Assembly (NCBI GenBank): GCA_031421915.1 | Contig: JANOPP010000243.1 | Location: 1 to 10,233, forward strand | Direction of reading: 5' to 3' | Source: Myxococcales bacterium | GTDB taxonomy: Bacteria > Myxococcota_A > Polyangia > Haliangiales > Haliangiaceae | Length of the DNA stretch: 10,233 nucleotides | Shown here: positions 8,330 through 10,233 of the stretch, in pieces | Layout of the letters: each line of letters begins with the position of its first letter | Position numbering within the stretch: position 1 is the stretch's first letter | Notes under the pieces: generated by a model | What the model was told of the DNA's origin: nothing | What the model saw: only the letters and a program-made list of their open reading frames with translations | Database searches by the model: none | Translations under genes and position numbers: made by a program

Positions 8330-8377
8330 CTCGACACGTCGAACGCTCACGACTGTATCGACGCCGCACGCTGCTGA
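8330..8377 (+). pseudogene. Remnant of a gene 3' end that duplicates the C-terminus of the 6617..7648 product (…DCIDAARC*)
   Basis: The plus-strand frame ending at ~8375-8377 reads ...WLDTSNAHDCIDAARC*. The 6617..7648 product ends ...LLSTAQDCIDAARC*. About 30 nt align at ~85% identity (gacgctgcgcgctgctgag vs gacgccgcacgctgctgag). There is no ATG/GTG start, and the frame is open only back to a TAG at ~8207. Coordinates come from my own base counting and may be off by 1-2 nt. Confidence 0.3.
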
Positions 8378-8401
8378 GCGTCTCCGCGGTAGGCTGCGCG
8401 C

Positions 8402-9271
8402 GTGCAGCCTCCTCCGTTCGAAGTCTTCCGCGAGCCGTCTGCGATGCGCGCGCGGTCCGAGGACCTCCGCCGCGACGGCCGCAAGATCGCGGTCGTCCCG
8501 ACCATGGGCGCTCTCCACGACGGTCACCTCGCCCTCGTGCGCCACGCGCGTGCGCGCGCCGACATCGTGATCCTGACGATCTTCGTCAACCCGACGCAGT
8601 TCGGCCCGAACGAGGATCTCTCGCGCTACCCACGCGACGAAGCCGGCGACCTCGCAAAGGCGCGGCCCGCCGGGATCGATCTCGCGTTCTGTCCGCCGGC
8701 CTCCGCGATGTACCCGGCCGGAGCGCAGACGTTCATCGAGGTCCGCGATCTTCAGAAGCCGATGTGCGGCGCGAGTCGCCCGGGCCACTTCGCGGGCGTC
8801 GCGACCATCGTGAGCAAGCTGTTCAACATCACGCTACCTCACCTCGCGGTGTTCGGCGAGAAGGACTACCAGCAGCTCGCGATCATCCGCCGCATGGTTC
8901 GCGATCTCGATTTCGGGATCGAGATCGCGAACGTGCCGATCGTGCGCGAGGCAGATGGGCTCGCGCTGTCGTCGCGCAACGCATATCTGTCGGCGGAGCA
9001 GCGGCACGCTGCGCTCGCACTGTCGCGCGGCCTCGCGGCGGCCGAGGTCGCGTTCCGCGGCGGAGAACGTTCATCGGCCGCACTGCTCGCGGCGGCGCGC
9101 GCACCGATCGAGGCTGAGTCGCTCGCGCGGATCGACTATGTCGAGCTCCGCGATGCGGTCGAGCTGACGCCGTTCGAGAATCGCGTCGATGACCGCGCGG
9201 TCCTCGCACTCGCGGTCTTCGTCGGCGCGACGCGCCTGATCGACAACCGCGTCCTCGCCGCACCGCCGTGA
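8402..9271 (+). CDS. panC: Pantoate--beta-alanine ligase (pantothenate synthetase)
   Basis: KIAVVPTMGALHDGHLALV (HIGH-like P-loop of PanC), RPGHFAGVATIVSKLFNI, and FGEKDYQQL motifs. Length (289 aa) matches PanC. The track start is GTG at 8402. An in-frame ATG at 8444 (MRARSEDLRR...) is an alternative. Alignment with E. coli PanC N-terminal spacing favours the earlier start. Confidence 0.9.
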   Translation: MQPPPFEVFREPSAMRARSEDLRRDGRKIAVVPTMGALHDGHLALVRHARARADIVILTIFVNPTQFGPNEDLSRYPRDEAGDLAKARPAGIDLAFCPPASAMYPAGAQTFIEVRDLQKPMCGASRPGHFAGVATIVSKLFNITLPHLAVFGEKDYQQLAIIRRMVRDLDFGIEIANVPIVREADGLALSSRNAYLSAEQRHAALALSRGLAAAEVAFRGGERSSAALLAAARAPIEAESLARIDYVELRDAVELTPFENRVDDRAVLALAVFVGATRLIDNRVLAAPP

Positions 9272-9336
9272 CCATTGCCCACTGACCACCCGAGCAACCC
9301 ACGCTGTCCGAGCGTGTCGAGCTTCTGAGCAAGCCC

Positions 9337-10233
9337 ATGACCAAGAAGCTCACTCTCGCCCTCGTCCTCGCGGCGATCGCGATCGCCCTCGTGATGTGGC
9401 GCTGTCGCAGCGGTGCCGACGACACGACCACCGCAGCCACGCCGACCCGCGGCTCGGCCGCCGTCGCGAAGCCGACCACCGCCAGCGCGAAGCCGCGGCC
9501 GGATCCGATGAAGCTCCCGAAGGCGTCGGTCGCCGGGAAGATCACGCTCGATGCGACGAAGGCGCCGATCGCGGGGATCCGGGTCTGCGCCGCGGGCTGG
9601 TCGAAGTCGCTCGGCGACGAGGTGTTGCGCGAGCCGCACTGCGTGACGACGGGCGAGGACGGGCTGTACAAGCTCGAGCCGCTGTTGCCGGCGCGCTACA
9701 CGATCACCGCGAGCGGTCGCGGCTATCGGCCCGCGGTGCACGAGGTCGGCGGCGACCGCAAGCGGCGCGAGCTGAGCGTCTCGATCGGCGAGCACAAGAC
9801 GGGCATCGACATCGCGCTGCGCAGCGGCGGCGCCGAGGTCACGGGCACGGTCGCGGACGTCAGCGGCGGACCGATCGCGAAGGCGCGCGTGTGGTCCGGT
9901 GAGCACGGCGGCCCGATGGTGTTCACCGAGTCCGACGAGGCCGGTGCGTTCGTCCTCTGGGTCGACAAGACCAACGCGAACATTCACGCCGCGGCGGACG
10001 GCTATACCGACGAGGATGCGTGGGTCGATGCGCCCGGCAAGGTCGAGCTCCTGCTCACGCCCGAGTCGATCATCGCGGGCATCGTGATCGACGCGGCGAC
10101 GAGCCAGCCGATCGAGGGCGCGCGGGTGCAGGTCGGCGAGTGGAGCGGCGCGAAGACCACGTACAGCGACTCCGCCGGAACGTTCCGGGTGAACCGGATC
10201 GATCCGGGACGGCACGTCGTGATCGCGCGCACC
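9337..10233 (+). CDS. Secreted/membrane-anchored protein with carboxypeptidase-regulatory-like (CarboxypepD_reg) beta-sandwich repeats. Partial: continues past the window end.
   Basis: ATG at 9337 gives MTKKLTLALVLAAIAIALVMW (signal/anchor). Then repeated ~80-aa units of the type GKITLDATKAPIAGIRVCAAG...TTGEDGLYKLEPLLPARYTITASGRGYRP, then AEVTGTVADVSGGPIAKARVWSGEH...DEAGAFVLWV, then IIAGIVIDAATSQPIEGARVQVGEW...SDSAGTFRV. The frame (phase 1) stays open to the window end with high GC3. It was not in the ORF track because no stop lies within the window. Confidence 0.75.
   Translation, partial: MTKKLTLALVLAAIAIALVMWRCRSGADDTTTAATPTRGSAAVAKPTTASAKPRPDPMKLPKASVAGKITLDATKAPIAGIRVCAAGWSKSLGDEVLREPHCVTTGEDGLYKLEPLLPARYTITASGRGYRPAVHEVGGDRKRRELSVSIGEHKTGIDIALRSGGAEVTGTVADVSGGPIAKARVWSGEHGGPMVFTESDEAGAFVLWVDKTNANIHAAADGYTDEDAWVDAPGKVELLLTPESIIAGIVIDAATSQPIEGARVQVGEWSGAKTTYSDSAGTFRVNRIDPGRHVVIART

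Noticed and set aside
9136-10215. 359-aa minus-strand ORF at the window end
   Set aside because: It is antisense to the CarboxypepD_reg-repeat gene (plus phase-1 frame, open from ATG 9337 to the window end with clear beta-sandwich repeat motifs). The translation is Arg-rich noise.
1-10233. Scan for tRNA, rRNA, CRISPR repeats, IS/transposase or integrase genes
   Set aside because: No cloverleaf-like conserved tRNA boxes. No regularly spaced direct repeats. No transposase or integrase motifs in any frame. The only repeat found is the ~30-bp gene-end duplication reported above.

Overview
This is a ~70% GC window with the gene content and codon bias of a myxobacterium (Myxococcota/Polyangia-like). 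It carries Hanks-type Ser/Thr kinase, PEGA/TPR, lipoprotein and Cys-rich secreted protein genes. I can support nine protein-coding genes plus one gene-fragment remnant, and I see no rRNA, tRNA, CRISPR array or recognisable IS element. The centrepiece is an 824-aa bacterial homologue of the eukaryotic major vault protein (MVP). It has N-terminal vault-repeat-like sequence, a shoulder region with a conserved 'ETADH' block, and an Ala/Glu/Gln-rich C-terminal cap-helix-like coiled coil. It sits at the head of a tightly packed co-directional cluster (894..5618): MVP, a membrane-anchored eukaryotic-like Ser/Thr kinase, a Cys-rich lipoprotein and a GST-like protein. Intergenic gaps are 24, 17 and 1 nt, which suggests an operon. 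The remaining genes are a divergent partial TPR+PEGA secreted protein, a calcineurin-like metallophosphoesterase, a zinc-ribbon/TM/Pro-rich/Cys-rich membrane protein, a small lipoprotein with atypically low GC3 that is flanked by an imperfect ~30-bp duplication of the neighbouring gene's 3' end, panC, and a partial CarboxypepD_reg-like repeat protein. Several long Arg-rich antisense ORFs are artefacts of the GC bias. My reading of individual bases in the numbered sequence block was sometimes off by one base. Where that mattered I anchored coordinates to the supplied ORF track.
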